This document shows, in pieces, positions 1 to 9,181 of a DNA stretch of 64,000 nt. The stretch is from Eubacterium sp. UBA3782 (GTDB taxonomy: Bacteria > Bacillota > Clostridia > Lachnospirales > Lachnospiraceae). Within the stretch, counting starts at the first letter, position 1; each line of letters opens with the position of its first letter. A model generated the notes under the pieces. That model did not search any database and had not been told where the DNA came from. It worked only from the letters and a program-made list of their open reading frames with translations. The translations under genes were made by a program, and so were the position numbers. The stretch covers positions 1 to 64,000 of the forward strand of contig DFFG01000003.1 of the NCBI GenBank assembly GCA_002368795.1. Reading direction: 5' to 3'.

Positions 1-815
1 CAGAAGCCGAGGCTGCTCGTATTGCAGAGGAAGAGCGTCTGGCAGCAGAAGCCGAGGAAGCCCGCATCGCAGAGGAAGAGCGCCTGGCAGCGGAGGCCGA
101 GGCAGCCCGCATCGCCGAGGAAGAACGTCAGAAAGCGGAAGCAGAAGCAGCTCGTATTGCGGAACAGGAGAGGCTGGCTGCGGAATCGGCCCGCCTTGCC
201 GAAGAGCGAGCCCGCATCGAGGCAGAGCGCGCAGCCCTGGCTGCAGAGCGTGAGCGGATGCTGGCCGAGATCGAGGAGACCAGAAGAAAGGCTGCAGCTG
301 CAGCACCGGCAGAGAACGGGATGGGCGGCAGCACACATAGGAAGGCAGCCCGGGCGCAGGAGACCGGTCGCCGTCCGGAGGCAGAACCGGTCAGAAACGA
401 AATGGGAACGCCCGTCCGCCTGAAGTTCTGTCCGAAGTGCGGCGCGAAGATCCGGGTTGGCGCAAGATTCTGTGTCACCTGTGGTTATGCCCTGGGCGCC
501 CGTCTGGATGCAGCACCTGGACAGGGAAGCCGGACGGAAGAGAGCGGGTTTACGGTGAAGACAAAAGGGGACCTGCGTCCCCGCACCCCCAAGGAGATGG
601 GGATCGAAAATATAGATGAGACGCAGTACGCCTGGACAGAGGAGGAGCGGTCCGCCAGAGATCAGGCAGAGCAGGAGGAATTCCGCCGCATGCTTGCGGA
701 GGACCGGGCCAGAGAATACCGGCAGAGGGAAAACGCCTCCGGAGCCAGGGGCTTTCGCACCGACCGGGTCGAGCGGCTTTCAAGAGGCGGAAAACGCGGC
801 AGAAATGAAGAGTGA
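1..815 (+). CDS. 5'-truncated CDS. Coiled-coil protein with tandem 15-aa ARIAEEERLAAEAEx repeats, a C4 zinc ribbon (CPKCGAKIRVGARFCVTCG) and a charged tail
   Basis: Frame 3 is open from nt 3 to the TGA at 813-815. The ORF track reports only the internal Met at 258, but the repeat-encoding frame continues to the window edge. A 45-nt DNA periodicity is visible at about 15-200. Confidence 0.6.
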   Translation, partial: EAEAARIAEEERLAAEAEEARIAEEERLAAEAEAARIAEEERQKAEAEAARIAEQERLAAESARLAEERARIEAERAALAAERERMLAEIEETRRKAAAAAPAENGMGGSTHRKAARAQETGRRPEAEPVRNEMGTPVRLKFCPKCGAKIRVGARFCVTCGYALGARLDAAPGQGSRTEESGFTVKTKGDLRPRTPKEMGIENIDETQYAWTEEERSARDQAEQEEFRRMLAEDRAREYRQRENASGARGFRTDRVERLSRGGKRGRNEE

Positions 816-889
816 TCCGGAACCGCCTGCAGCGGAGCCAGTATGTCAGACAGAGGACAGAAACAGGAGAAAGGAACGGGGGACAGGCT

Positions 890-2131
890 ATGGCAATAGC
901 AGAAGTAATCAAATTTGAAGGTGATCCGAATCAGCTGGTGTGGAAGCACCCAGCGGAGGATTTCAACACGACATCGCAGCTGATCGTCGATGAGACCCAT
1001 GAAGCACTTCTTGTGCTCAACGGCAATGCCGCGGATCTGTTCGGACCCGGCCGGCATACGCTGACGACGAACAATATCCCGATCCTGCGGAAGCTGCAGG
1101 AGATCCCCACCGGAGGGGCAACGCCGTTTCCGTGCAAGGTCTTCTTTATCAATAAGGTCCATCAGATGGATATGCTCTGGGGTACCCAGGGCGCGATCCC
1201 GCTGGAGGATCCGCTGTACGATATCTTCATGCATGTCATGCTTCACGGAAGCATTTCGGTGTCGGTGGATGATTCCAGGAAATTCCTCCTGAAGCTTGTC
1301 GGCTTCCGTGACCGGTTTGATGCCAATACACTGGTATCCAAATTCCGCGGGATCATTTCCAGCCAGGTAAAGGATGCTATCTCCAAGATCATGATCCGGG
1401 GCCAGCTCAGCTACTTTATGATCAGCTCAGAGCTTCTGGAGATCAGCGGTGTCGTCAAGGAAAGACTGGATGAAGTCTTTGACGAGTATGGCGTCCACAT
1501 CGAGTTCTTTAACATTGAAGCCATCGAGGTTCCGGACAAGGATTATGCCGAGATCTCGCAGGCCAAAAAGCTTCGTAGCAGCCGCCTGATCCAGGGCTAC
1601 ACCTGGCAGGAGGAGCGGCAGATGATGATCGCCGAAAAGTTTGCCGGCAATCAGGGCGCCATGGGAACCATCGGCGGGATGATGGGCGGCCTGGCCGGCG
1701 GCATTGCCATGGGCAGCACGATCGCAGAGGTGGCAAAGAATGCCCTGTCTGCAGACCGGATCCCCACACAGGCGCCACCAAAGAATGTGGCCGGAGCAGC
1801 TCCGGTCATGGGAGCAAATGCTCCCGGAGCGGCTGCAGGGCAGACGGTCGACGTATCCGCATTGCTGCGTCAGGGCGCAGGCGCTGCCCCTGCCCGGCCG
1901 GAAGTCCGGGAGGAGAGGATCAGTCCGGAGCAGATGCCGGAAAGGCAGCAGATGGAGGGTTACGGCAGAGAAGGAAAATTCTGTCCGGAATGCGGAAGTC
2001 CGGTTGCAGCCGGAGCAAAGTTCTGCTCTGAGTGCGGACACAAGATGGAAAGCAATGTCTGTCCGGGATGCGGCAGTCCCATCACGCCGGGCGCTAAATT
2101 CTGTTCCGAGTGCGGGACCCGTCTCATATAA
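890..2131 (+). CDS. SPFH/band-7-like protein of the YdjI type (COG4260, virion-core-protein-like) with a Gly/Met-rich linker and a C-terminal double zinc ribbon (three CPxCG..FCSECG modules)
   Basis: The ATG at 890 is preceded by GGGGGA. The N-terminus MAIAEVIKFEGDPNQLVWKHP...LVLNGNAADLFGPGRHTL has the YdjI-like shape. The C-terminus carries CPECGSPVAAGAKFCSECG, CPGCGSPITPGAKFCSECG. The upstream GTG at 812 is an alternative start. Confidence 0.6.
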   Translation: MAIAEVIKFEGDPNQLVWKHPAEDFNTTSQLIVDETHEALLVLNGNAADLFGPGRHTLTTNNIPILRKLQEIPTGGATPFPCKVFFINKVHQMDMLWGTQGAIPLEDPLYDIFMHVMLHGSISVSVDDSRKFLLKLVGFRDRFDANTLVSKFRGIISSQVKDAISKIMIRGQLSYFMISSELLEISGVVKERLDEVFDEYGVHIEFFNIEAIEVPDKDYAEISQAKKLRSSRLIQGYTWQEERQMMIAEKFAGNQGAMGTIGGMMGGLAGGIAMGSTIAEVAKNALSADRIPTQAPPKNVAGAAPVMGANAPGAAAGQTVDVSALLRQGAGAAPARPEVREERISPEQMPERQQMEGYGREGKFCPECGSPVAAGAKFCSECGHKMESNVCPGCGSPITPGAKFCSECGTRLI

Positions 2132-2284
2132 CTCACTCGGGGTGGCCCCGCCTCTATAGGCGGCAAGAACGCCAAGGCGTTCCTGAAGGATTTTTGAAAC
2201 ATGGAAAGACGGGCACAGCGGCCTGTCCGATAAGAGCAGCGGCCTGTTTCTGCTGCAGTAAAAGGAAAAGGAGAACGTAAAGGC

Positions 2285-2983
2285 ATGGCAAGAGTTACAA
2301 AAAAACGGACCGCCGGTATGATCGGCCTCATCTATCTGATTGCATTTGCAGTTTTCATTATGCTCGTTTTCTTTATCTTTAAAGACAGGAGCGGCGTCTT
2401 CTGGATGAGCTTTATCTTTGCGGTGATCGCCTTTGCCGTAAAGCTTGCCAGCACCTTCCTGGCGTTCCAGGCATTTGAAGTGGAAGCCGTCTTCTTTGGC
2501 ATTCCGCTGGCCTCGCTTTCTCTTTACTACTTTTTTGCCCAGGTGTTCTGTGCAGTCGTTTTCATGATCTTCCACAGCGCACCGGCCAAGCTGGCTTTCG
2601 CCCTTCAGGTGATCATTCTGGCAGTCTTTGCCATCGTCGCGATCATCACGCTGTTCACCAGAGATGCCATCCAGGATGTGGATGACAATATCAAGATCAG
2701 CACTACCGCCATCAAGACGATGCAGGCGGATGTGGAAAGCCTTCGCGATGCAGCAGGCGATCCGGAGCTGAAGAACCGTCTGCGCAAGCTGGCTGAGACG
2801 ATTAAGTATTCCGATCCGATGTCCAACGATGCGGTGCTGGATATTGAGGATCAGATCATGCAGTCGCTCTCTGAGCTGCGGATCTACTGTGAAGACAACG
2901 ACAAGGCAAATGCCATGCAGGCATGCAGAAACACGGAGATGCTGTTCCTCCAGAGAAACCGGACGCTCCGGGCAACAAAGTAA
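2285..2983 (+). CDS. Integral membrane protein (about 4 TM helices) with a C-terminal cytoplasmic coiled-coil segment. Hypothetical.
   Basis: Good RBS AAAGGAGAACG before the ATG. The N-terminal 120 aa are hydrophobic, followed by a charged helical tail. Confidence 0.6.
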   Translation: MARVTKKRTAGMIGLIYLIAFAVFIMLVFFIFKDRSGVFWMSFIFAVIAFAVKLASTFLAFQAFEVEAVFFGIPLASLSLYYFFAQVFCAVVFMIFHSAPAKLAFALQVIILAVFAIVAIITLFTRDAIQDVDDNIKISTTAIKTMQADVESLRDAAGDPELKNRLRKLAETIKYSDPMSNDAVLDIEDQIMQSLSELRIYCEDNDKANAMQACRNTEMLFLQRNRTLRATK

Positions 2984-2992
2984 GGACAGACT

Positions 2993-4996
2993 ATGGCTTC
3001 CAGTTACAAAAGTGTAAAATGTGACAGCTGCGGCGGTTCCCTGGTTTATTCCAGAGAAAAGAAGGTATGGATCTGCCGGTACTGCGGCAATGAGATCCGC
3101 CGGGAAGAGGAATACGACGGGCTGTATACGATCAAAAATGTCGTCCGGCAGACGATCACCGATACGGCGTACGGCAGGCTGGAGCAGGCCAGGCGCAACC
3201 TGGCCGAGTGCGAGAAGATCGATACCCGCTATGTGGGTACGCTGATCGCCAGGCTGTGCGTTCAGATGTTTACCCTGATCACGCCGGGCGAGTGTCCCCA
3301 GAGCGGGCAAAAGAGCCTGATCCGGCAGATCCGGCAGAACTATGAGGACCTGCAGAAGCTGGACCAGGGCATATCTGCAGAGGAAGAGGCGCTCTACGAA
3401 TCCTTCGACGGGAACGCAGATGTCTTTGCCGTTCTGGTCGTTGTGTTTGATTCCCTGGGCGACCGGGTGCATAAGGAATTTGCCGAAAACCTTCTGGATG
3501 CGGCAAAAGTATATTCAGAGCGGATCAATGACAGCCTCCTTCGGTATGCGATGCGCAGCAAAAAGCTGGAGCTGGCTGACCGGATCCTGGATAATGTGGA
3601 CAACATCCCCTGCAGGGCTGCTTTGCTGACCGTCCTTGCGGAATATCCGGATGGCGATAGCAAGCGGCAGCATGTGCGGGATCTGTTTCCGCGTGCCGGC
3701 CTTTCAAGGGATGAGAGAAAGGCAGTCGAGGGTTATCTGAAGACCACAAAGGACTGTCCGGAGACAAAGACAGCGGTCTATGCCGCCGGCGTCGAAGCTG
3801 GTGTACCGGCATCGATCACCTGTGTGGAGGAATATCTGCTGAAGGATCTCGGAGGCAGGATCGAAGACGTCCGAAAAGTGATCCGGCTGATCGCACAGGC
3901 AAAGCCGAACGATGCGGAGCTCTACCGGCTGATCACAGCGATCTTTACCGGACACAGCTTTCCGGTGGCCCAGGCGGAGCTTTCCGAGCTGGCATCCTCC
4001 GGATTGTATATCGTGGTCAACCCATCGGATATCCTCCGGATGCTGTCCAGACAGGAGCTTTCCCTTGATGAACGGCTGGCGCTGGTCGATCTGGCCCATC
4101 AGTTTAACAGCGACGCCCGCACAAATGATACGATCCTGGCAGAATATCTGAACCGGAACCGGGATGCGGCCGATATCCGTATTCCGGTGATCGAAAAGCT
4201 GCTCACCTATGTCCGGACGATCGCAACCGCGACGCTCAGCGAGTATGTGATACGGGTAACGACCGATGGGAAGCGAAAGCCCGAGGTCCTATCCAGGATC
4301 CTCGAGCTTGACCTGAACATGAGCTTTTTCCGGAGTCTGATGCAGCAGTACATGGCCGGATCCCAGGATCCGCCGGATGTAAAGGCAGAGATAACGGCGC
4401 TGCTTGGGCGCGCCGGGCTGACGGTCGATGCCGGCACGCTGCTGGATATGGCCTGCAGCTGCACACAGGAAAATGCCCTGGAGACGATCAACCTCGTCAA
4501 CCGGATGAAGCAGAGCGGCGTGCATATGCGGAGCGACGCACTGAGCATTTACTTGGAGAAGGCGGCGGGACGGCAGTATTATGCCGGGCTGATCTCCGCG
4601 CTGTATACCGAAGGATGCATCCTGTCCGGAAGGGCTGTGGCAAACTATGTGCTCTATGCCCGGATGAATGAGGAGGTAAAGCTCCGCAATCTGGAGACCT
4701 TTCTTGCAGCCTGCAGTGAGCCGGCAGGCAGCATAGCGGTTACCGTCAGTCATCTGGGACACCGGGTCGACTGCAGTCTGCTGCAGGCATACGTGCTGAC
4801 GGCAGGAGAAAGCCTCCCGACGGCCGGTCGGATCACCGACATGCTGAAGAGTACCGGTGCAAAGCTGAATGCAAACATCCAGGTGGACCAGGCAAATATG
4901 AAATTCAAAAAATACATCATGGACAACCGTCCGCAGCTTGGCGGCCAGACAGAGGCGCTGTGTGCGGACAACAAGGTGTTTTCCATGTTTTTCTAA
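2993..4996 (+). CDS. Hypothetical 667-aa protein with an N-terminal C4 zinc ribbon (CDSCGGS...CRYCGNE) and a large all-helical domain
   Basis: Uninterrupted ORF starting 9 nt after the previous stop. The cysteine pairs sit at the extreme N-terminus. Confidence 0.6.
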   Translation: MASSYKSVKCDSCGGSLVYSREKKVWICRYCGNEIRREEEYDGLYTIKNVVRQTITDTAYGRLEQARRNLAECEKIDTRYVGTLIARLCVQMFTLITPGECPQSGQKSLIRQIRQNYEDLQKLDQGISAEEEALYESFDGNADVFAVLVVVFDSLGDRVHKEFAENLLDAAKVYSERINDSLLRYAMRSKKLELADRILDNVDNIPCRAALLTVLAEYPDGDSKRQHVRDLFPRAGLSRDERKAVEGYLKTTKDCPETKTAVYAAGVEAGVPASITCVEEYLLKDLGGRIEDVRKVIRLIAQAKPNDAELYRLITAIFTGHSFPVAQAELSELASSGLYIVVNPSDILRMLSRQELSLDERLALVDLAHQFNSDARTNDTILAEYLNRNRDAADIRIPVIEKLLTYVRTIATATLSEYVIRVTTDGKRKPEVLSRILELDLNMSFFRSLMQQYMAGSQDPPDVKAEITALLGRAGLTVDAGTLLDMACSCTQENALETINLVNRMKQSGVHMRSDALSIYLEKAAGRQYYAGLISALYTEGCILSGRAVANYVLYARMNEEVKLRNLETFLAACSEPAGSIAVTVSHLGHRVDCSLLQAYVLTAGESLPTAGRITDMLKSTGAKLNANIQVDQANMKFKKYIMDNRPQLGGQTEALCADNKVFSMFF

Positions 4997-5033
4997 GCTT
5001 CGGGCGAATATTGCAGAAAAGGAGGGATAAAGC

Positions 5034-6800
5034 GTGACGCAGGAAGAATACGAGGCTGAGCAGGCCGAAATAGAATCGTTGATTAATCAGATCAATGCGC
5101 TGATCGCCGAAAACAACCGGCTGATCGATGAGATCAACAATGCACTGCATAATATTCAGATCCTGAAGAACAACGTCGGCGTGCTGGGCAGAAACATCGA
5201 GCCCAAGATGCGCAGCGTTTCCGGAGAAGTGGAGCTTGACGCAGACAAGACAAAAGCTGTCAGCAATGCGCTCCAGGAGATGACCGAACAGTACTTTACG
5301 TTCAAGACCCTGTCCTCGGCATCCAAGAATCTGTCCCAGTATACGGACGAGTATTATGCGAAATACCAGCATTACAACAAGCTCCGCCGGATCGCTCTTG
5401 GCTATGTGATCGGGCTGGACAACAATTTTGTTTCTGATGAGACCCTGCGCAAGGAGGTCGAGAAGATCTACCTCCAGAACACGGAATACTGGCTCGCCTA
5501 TGCGGCATCGGCCGTCATGCTCTGGGCCAGCGATGAAAAAGAGGCGGCAAAGCGTGCGCTGGACAAAGCCATTTTCATGGACGAGACCAAGGCCAGCCTG
5601 TATTTCATGCTGATCAACCTCCGGTTTGGCAGGGACAAGGTTGCCAGAGAGTGGTTCCTCTACTACATGGAGCGTGTGGATTCCGGCCATCTTCCCGAGG
5701 ACTGGAAGTATCTTCTGCAGGCCTATCTGACCGGAACCTTCGGGACAGATCCCGAATTCCAGAAGCTGGTCGCGACACGGATGAATGCCATGCTGGCCAA
5801 GGAGGAGGCCACAACGGTCGACTTCGGGAAAAAGTTCAGCAGCCGGGCGTACCAGTACATCGATACGCATCTGCACACCACCAGGGAGGCCTTCCCCTAC
5901 CTGAAACAGACCTGTGCGGATCATGGCCAGATGATGGAGATGCTCTCCGACGCAGAGAAGAATGCGGTCATTGCCGCCTGGTACAATGCGCTGGCCGAGG
6001 AAAAGGACGAGCAGTCCGGCTTCATCGCCCAGAGGATCGAGAATGTTCTTTATGCGCTGGTCAGCAGCTATGATGACGGAGAGCTGGAGATCGTCAAAAA
6101 GATCCGCTACAACGACTGTATCCTGACGGCAAAGGGCGATGTGGCCAGAGCCCAGGAAAAATACGAGCTGGAGTTCCCGCCAAAGAAGAGGACGACCTTT
6201 GGGGATCTGCTGGCAGACTGGGCTTTCCAGGAGGACAGCAACCTGACGCCGCTGCTGATCCGCCGGTTCGCCATCGATCTGATGAAGGACTGGATCTTCA
6301 AGGGCTACGAGCAGTTCAACCGTGACAATCTCCAGAAGGAGAAGAAGGAATACACCTTTGATATCGACGGCTGCGAGGTGACCACATCAGAGACCGGATA
6401 TGAACGGGCAAAGACCAGGGTCGACCAGTTTTTTGAGAAGAACAAATGGAAGAGCATAACCGCCGACAAATTCGCGCTGATCTTTATGCTGATGAGTGTA
6501 TGCGGTGTGCTTCTTTTGGGCATCATGGCAGTTACGGCTGTCGGCGCCCATGGATTTGGCACAGGAGCGAGGATCGCTCTGGTTACCGGTATCCTGCTGG
6601 TCCTTGCGGGTGTATTCCTGCTATGGCGGCGTATCGTAGAAGTGCTGGCGGCACTCCAGGAAAAGAAGCGGCTCGCTCTGCAGAAGCTGGCCCACTCCCT
6701 GGAGGAGCTGGGCAGATGGCGCGAGCTGTTCCATAAAGAAGCAGACAGGATCAGTGATCTGGAGAGGGCCGTGAGCGAATTCGGTCCATCCGCGCGGTAA
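5034..6800 (+). CDS. Paralog A of a triplicated family. It has an N-terminal coiled coil, a conserved core (YWLAYAASAVMLW...LINLRFGRDKVAREWFLYY), a C-terminal two-helix membrane hairpin and a short coiled tail.
   Basis: GTG start at 5034 with GGAGGG 7 nt upstream. The protein aligns by eye to the products of 6816-8417 and 10693-12390 over about 120 aa. Confidence 0.65.
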   Translation: MTQEEYEAEQAEIESLINQINALIAENNRLIDEINNALHNIQILKNNVGVLGRNIEPKMRSVSGEVELDADKTKAVSNALQEMTEQYFTFKTLSSASKNLSQYTDEYYAKYQHYNKLRRIALGYVIGLDNNFVSDETLRKEVEKIYLQNTEYWLAYAASAVMLWASDEKEAAKRALDKAIFMDETKASLYFMLINLRFGRDKVAREWFLYYMERVDSGHLPEDWKYLLQAYLTGTFGTDPEFQKLVATRMNAMLAKEEATTVDFGKKFSSRAYQYIDTHLHTTREAFPYLKQTCADHGQMMEMLSDAEKNAVIAAWYNALAEEKDEQSGFIAQRIENVLYALVSSYDDGELEIVKKIRYNDCILTAKGDVARAQEKYELEFPPKKRTTFGDLLADWAFQEDSNLTPLLIRRFAIDLMKDWIFKGYEQFNRDNLQKEKKEYTFDIDGCEVTTSETGYERAKTRVDQFFEKNKWKSITADKFALIFMLMSVCGVLLLGIMAVTAVGAHGFGTGARIALVTGILLVLAGVFLLWRRIVEVLAALQEKKRLALQKLAHSLEELGRWRELFHKEADRISDLERAVSEFGPSAR

Positions 6801-6815
6801 AGGGGGGAAGAAAAG

Positions 6816-8417
6816 ATGTCAAATGTTTCCGGTGCAATACAGGAGCTGAACGAGACGATCAACTCCTTTGAATCAAAGGTCGACGTACATGTACAGAATA
6901 TTCACCAGTCCAGCGTAAACGTGGATGCTGCTGCAGACCGGATCTACCAGAAGATCGTGCAGTTCCGGCAGGATATGGAGCATGGCGAGCAGAAGCAGCT
7001 TGCCCATGAGAACATCATCCGTATCGACCAGATCATCAAGGAGCAGTTCAGCAATTACGAGACGATCCGCCGTACCGTCATGGGCGTTGTGAGGGACTTC
7101 GATATCAATCTTGTCCGCAACACGACGATCCAGGAGCTCTCTGAGGAGCTCTGGATCACCAGCTCCCGCTACTGGCTGTCCTATGCGCTGATCGCCATCA
7201 CCGCATGGGTAAACAATTACCCGGAGGTGGCAAGAAACGCGCTGGCTGAGAGCGGACGGAAGGATGCCGTCAAGACGACGCTGTTTTTCTGCCTTCTCAA
7301 TCTGCGCTTCAACCGGATCGATACGGCGAAAAGCTGGTTCTATGAGTACCTCAAGACCCTGGATCCGACGATGCTCCAGCAGGAGACGGCTGTCATGCTG
7401 CAGGCGTTTCTCGCAGGGATCTTCGGCAAGGACCAGGAGCTGCAGCATGCGGTGATCGATGTCATCGACCAGTGGATCTCCATCATCAATGAGAGCCAGG
7501 AGATCTGCGATGAGCTGGTCGGCTCCTACGAGAGCTATATCCGCAACATCAATCCCATGGTCGACTTCAATTACGAGGCGATCCTTACCTACTGCACCAA
7601 TGCGGAGGAGCTGAAGCGCTCCTTTACCGATGTGTCGAAATACGCCAGCATTCTGGATCTTTTGGATTCCCTGAATGTGCAGGAGGTCACCCAGAGCAAC
7701 GACAACTATGCCGAGCGTGTGGATGCCGTGCTGATGAACCTGATCTCCAACTATGATGCAGAGGAGCTGGATCTTCGGAACCAGCAGGAGTATTTCAACC
7801 TGATCGTCCGCAACGAGGGACAGGTCGACCGTGCCGAGGCCCAGTATGCGGAAGAGATGGCACTGCAGAATGAAAACTTCAACATCGGCAAGCAGATGAT
7901 CAAATGGGCGATCTATGATGACAACGACACAACAGATCCCCATGTGCGCAAGTTCGGCTTCCAGAACACCAAACAGTGGTTCAAGAGCGCGCTGGACCGG
8001 TTCAGCGTATCCCTGCAGCAGCAATTCCCCATCGAGTATAATCTGTCCATCGACACCTGGACCGGTACGAGCAGCGGGGATGACCAGGAAGAGCTGACCG
8101 AGAACATGCGCAGCTACTTTGAGACAAATAAGTTCCACAATATGTATGTCAACACCATCAACATCGCCGCGCTGATCGTACTGATCGCATCTCTGGGCCT
8201 TGCGTTTGTCACGCTGTATGCCCTGGTCGCTTCCGTCGCGGCGGCGGCCGTACTGATCTACCGGGTCATCAAGGCAAACAAGGAATATCCGGCAAGAGTC
8301 AATGCGGCTCTGGAGGCGTTAAACCAGACGCTGCTGGAGATCGCCGACTTCCGGGATTACTTCGCGCAGTGCAGCCTGCAGAAGGATGAGATCCTCTCCA
8401 CCGTGGAATTCATCTGA
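6816..8417 (+). CDS. Paralog B of the triplicated family (core YWLSYALIAITAW...LLNLRFNRIDTAKSWFYEY, C-terminal TM hairpin)
   Basis: RBS GGGGGGAAG before the ATG. It shares the motif order with paralogs A and C. Confidence 0.65.
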   Translation: MSNVSGAIQELNETINSFESKVDVHVQNIHQSSVNVDAAADRIYQKIVQFRQDMEHGEQKQLAHENIIRIDQIIKEQFSNYETIRRTVMGVVRDFDINLVRNTTIQELSEELWITSSRYWLSYALIAITAWVNNYPEVARNALAESGRKDAVKTTLFFCLLNLRFNRIDTAKSWFYEYLKTLDPTMLQQETAVMLQAFLAGIFGKDQELQHAVIDVIDQWISIINESQEICDELVGSYESYIRNINPMVDFNYEAILTYCTNAEELKRSFTDVSKYASILDLLDSLNVQEVTQSNDNYAERVDAVLMNLISNYDAEELDLRNQQEYFNLIVRNEGQVDRAEAQYAEEMALQNENFNIGKQMIKWAIYDDNDTTDPHVRKFGFQNTKQWFKSALDRFSVSLQQQFPIEYNLSIDTWTGTSSGDDQEELTENMRSYFETNKFHNMYVNTINIAALIVLIASLGLAFVTLYALVASVAAAAVLIYRVIKANKEYPARVNAALEALNQTLLEIADFRDYFAQCSLQKDEILSTVEFI

Positions 8418-8484
8418 CCGGAAAGACAAAGGGAAAATATACAAGTGACCGGCAACGGGACAGACAGTGCAGAAAGGATAGATT

Positions 8485-8694
8485 ATGGAAAACGAATTCG
8501 GATTCAATGCATATGAAGAGCAGGACGGACAGGACAATCAGATGTCGGATTTTGAGTCCCTGATGGCGGAGCGTATTCAGTCCAACTTCGCGGCAGAGAG
8601 CGGAAGCCTTTCGGCGACGGATGAGCGGCTGCAGGAAATGAACAAGCGGCTGCCGGACTGGAGCCTTGAGCCGCCCTACAGCTTCCTGAAATAA
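8485..8694 (+). CDS. Small acidic protein of 69 aa. Hypothetical.
   Basis: RBS AAAGGATAG before the ATG. It lies in an operon context between paralog B and the next gene. Confidence 0.45.
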   Translation: MENEFGFNAYEEQDGQDNQMSDFESLMAERIQSNFAAESGSLSATDERLQEMNKRLPDWSLEPPYSFLK

Positions 8695-8697
8695 ACA

Positions 8698-9180
8698 ATG
8701 ACAGCAAAGGCACCTTCAAATTATCAGGAATGGATGGCCATTATGGACGCCCTTGCGGAGGGCAGGTCCGGACCCGAAAGCCTTTCCCTGATGGAGGAGG
8801 GGACGCTGCCGGAGGGCGCGTATGTCACCGGCCGTTTTCAGCAGCGGGTCACCGATACGGTCAACCGGATGCTCCGGCGGAGCATCCGCCGTTTTGAGCA
8901 GCGCTTTTCGGAGGCCCTTTCCGAGCGGGGGACAGACACTGTGCAGCTTCTTCTTGCACGGCTGCATAAGGAGCTTGCCCTGTGCTTTTTCTTCCGAAGG
9001 ATGCCGTTTCTGGATGAATGCTTTCGAAATGAGCTGGAGACTGCCCTTTTGGGGGAGATCCGGAAATTCTGGAGGCATGAGATCCGGGAGATCCGGCGCC
9101 TTGCCGAGCTGCCAGGCCATGCAGAACTTGAGGAAGTCATGTATTCCATGAAGCGATTCGCAAAGGAATACGGAGAGTAG
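8698..9180 (+). CDS. Hypothetical 160-aa helical protein
   Basis: Starts 4 nt after the previous stop, suggesting translational coupling. Uninterrupted frame, same strand. Confidence 0.5.
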   Translation: MTAKAPSNYQEWMAIMDALAEGRSGPESLSLMEEGTLPEGAYVTGRFQQRVTDTVNRMLRRSIRRFEQRFSEALSERGTDTVQLLLARLHKELALCFFFRRMPFLDECFRNELETALLGEIRKFWRHEIREIRRLAELPGHAELEEVMYSMKRFAKEYGE

Positions 9181-9181
9181 G

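Noticed and set aside
22-478. ORFs 22-423 (+) and 128-478 (-) at the window start
   Set aside because: These are alternative frames of the 45-nt repeat region. Frame 3, which continues through the zinc ribbon to 815, is the coherent one.
1427-3472. 681-aa ORF on the minus strand
   Set aside because: It lies antisense to three well-supported plus-strand genes (SPFH, 4-TM and zinc-ribbon proteins). It has an Arg/Gly/Pro-rich composition typical of spurious antisense ORFs in high-GC DNA, with no RBS and no motif.
6873-8138. 421-aa minus-strand ORF
   Set aside because: It is antisense to paralog B. The translation is Leu/Asp/Gly-rich and low-complexity, and shows no motif.
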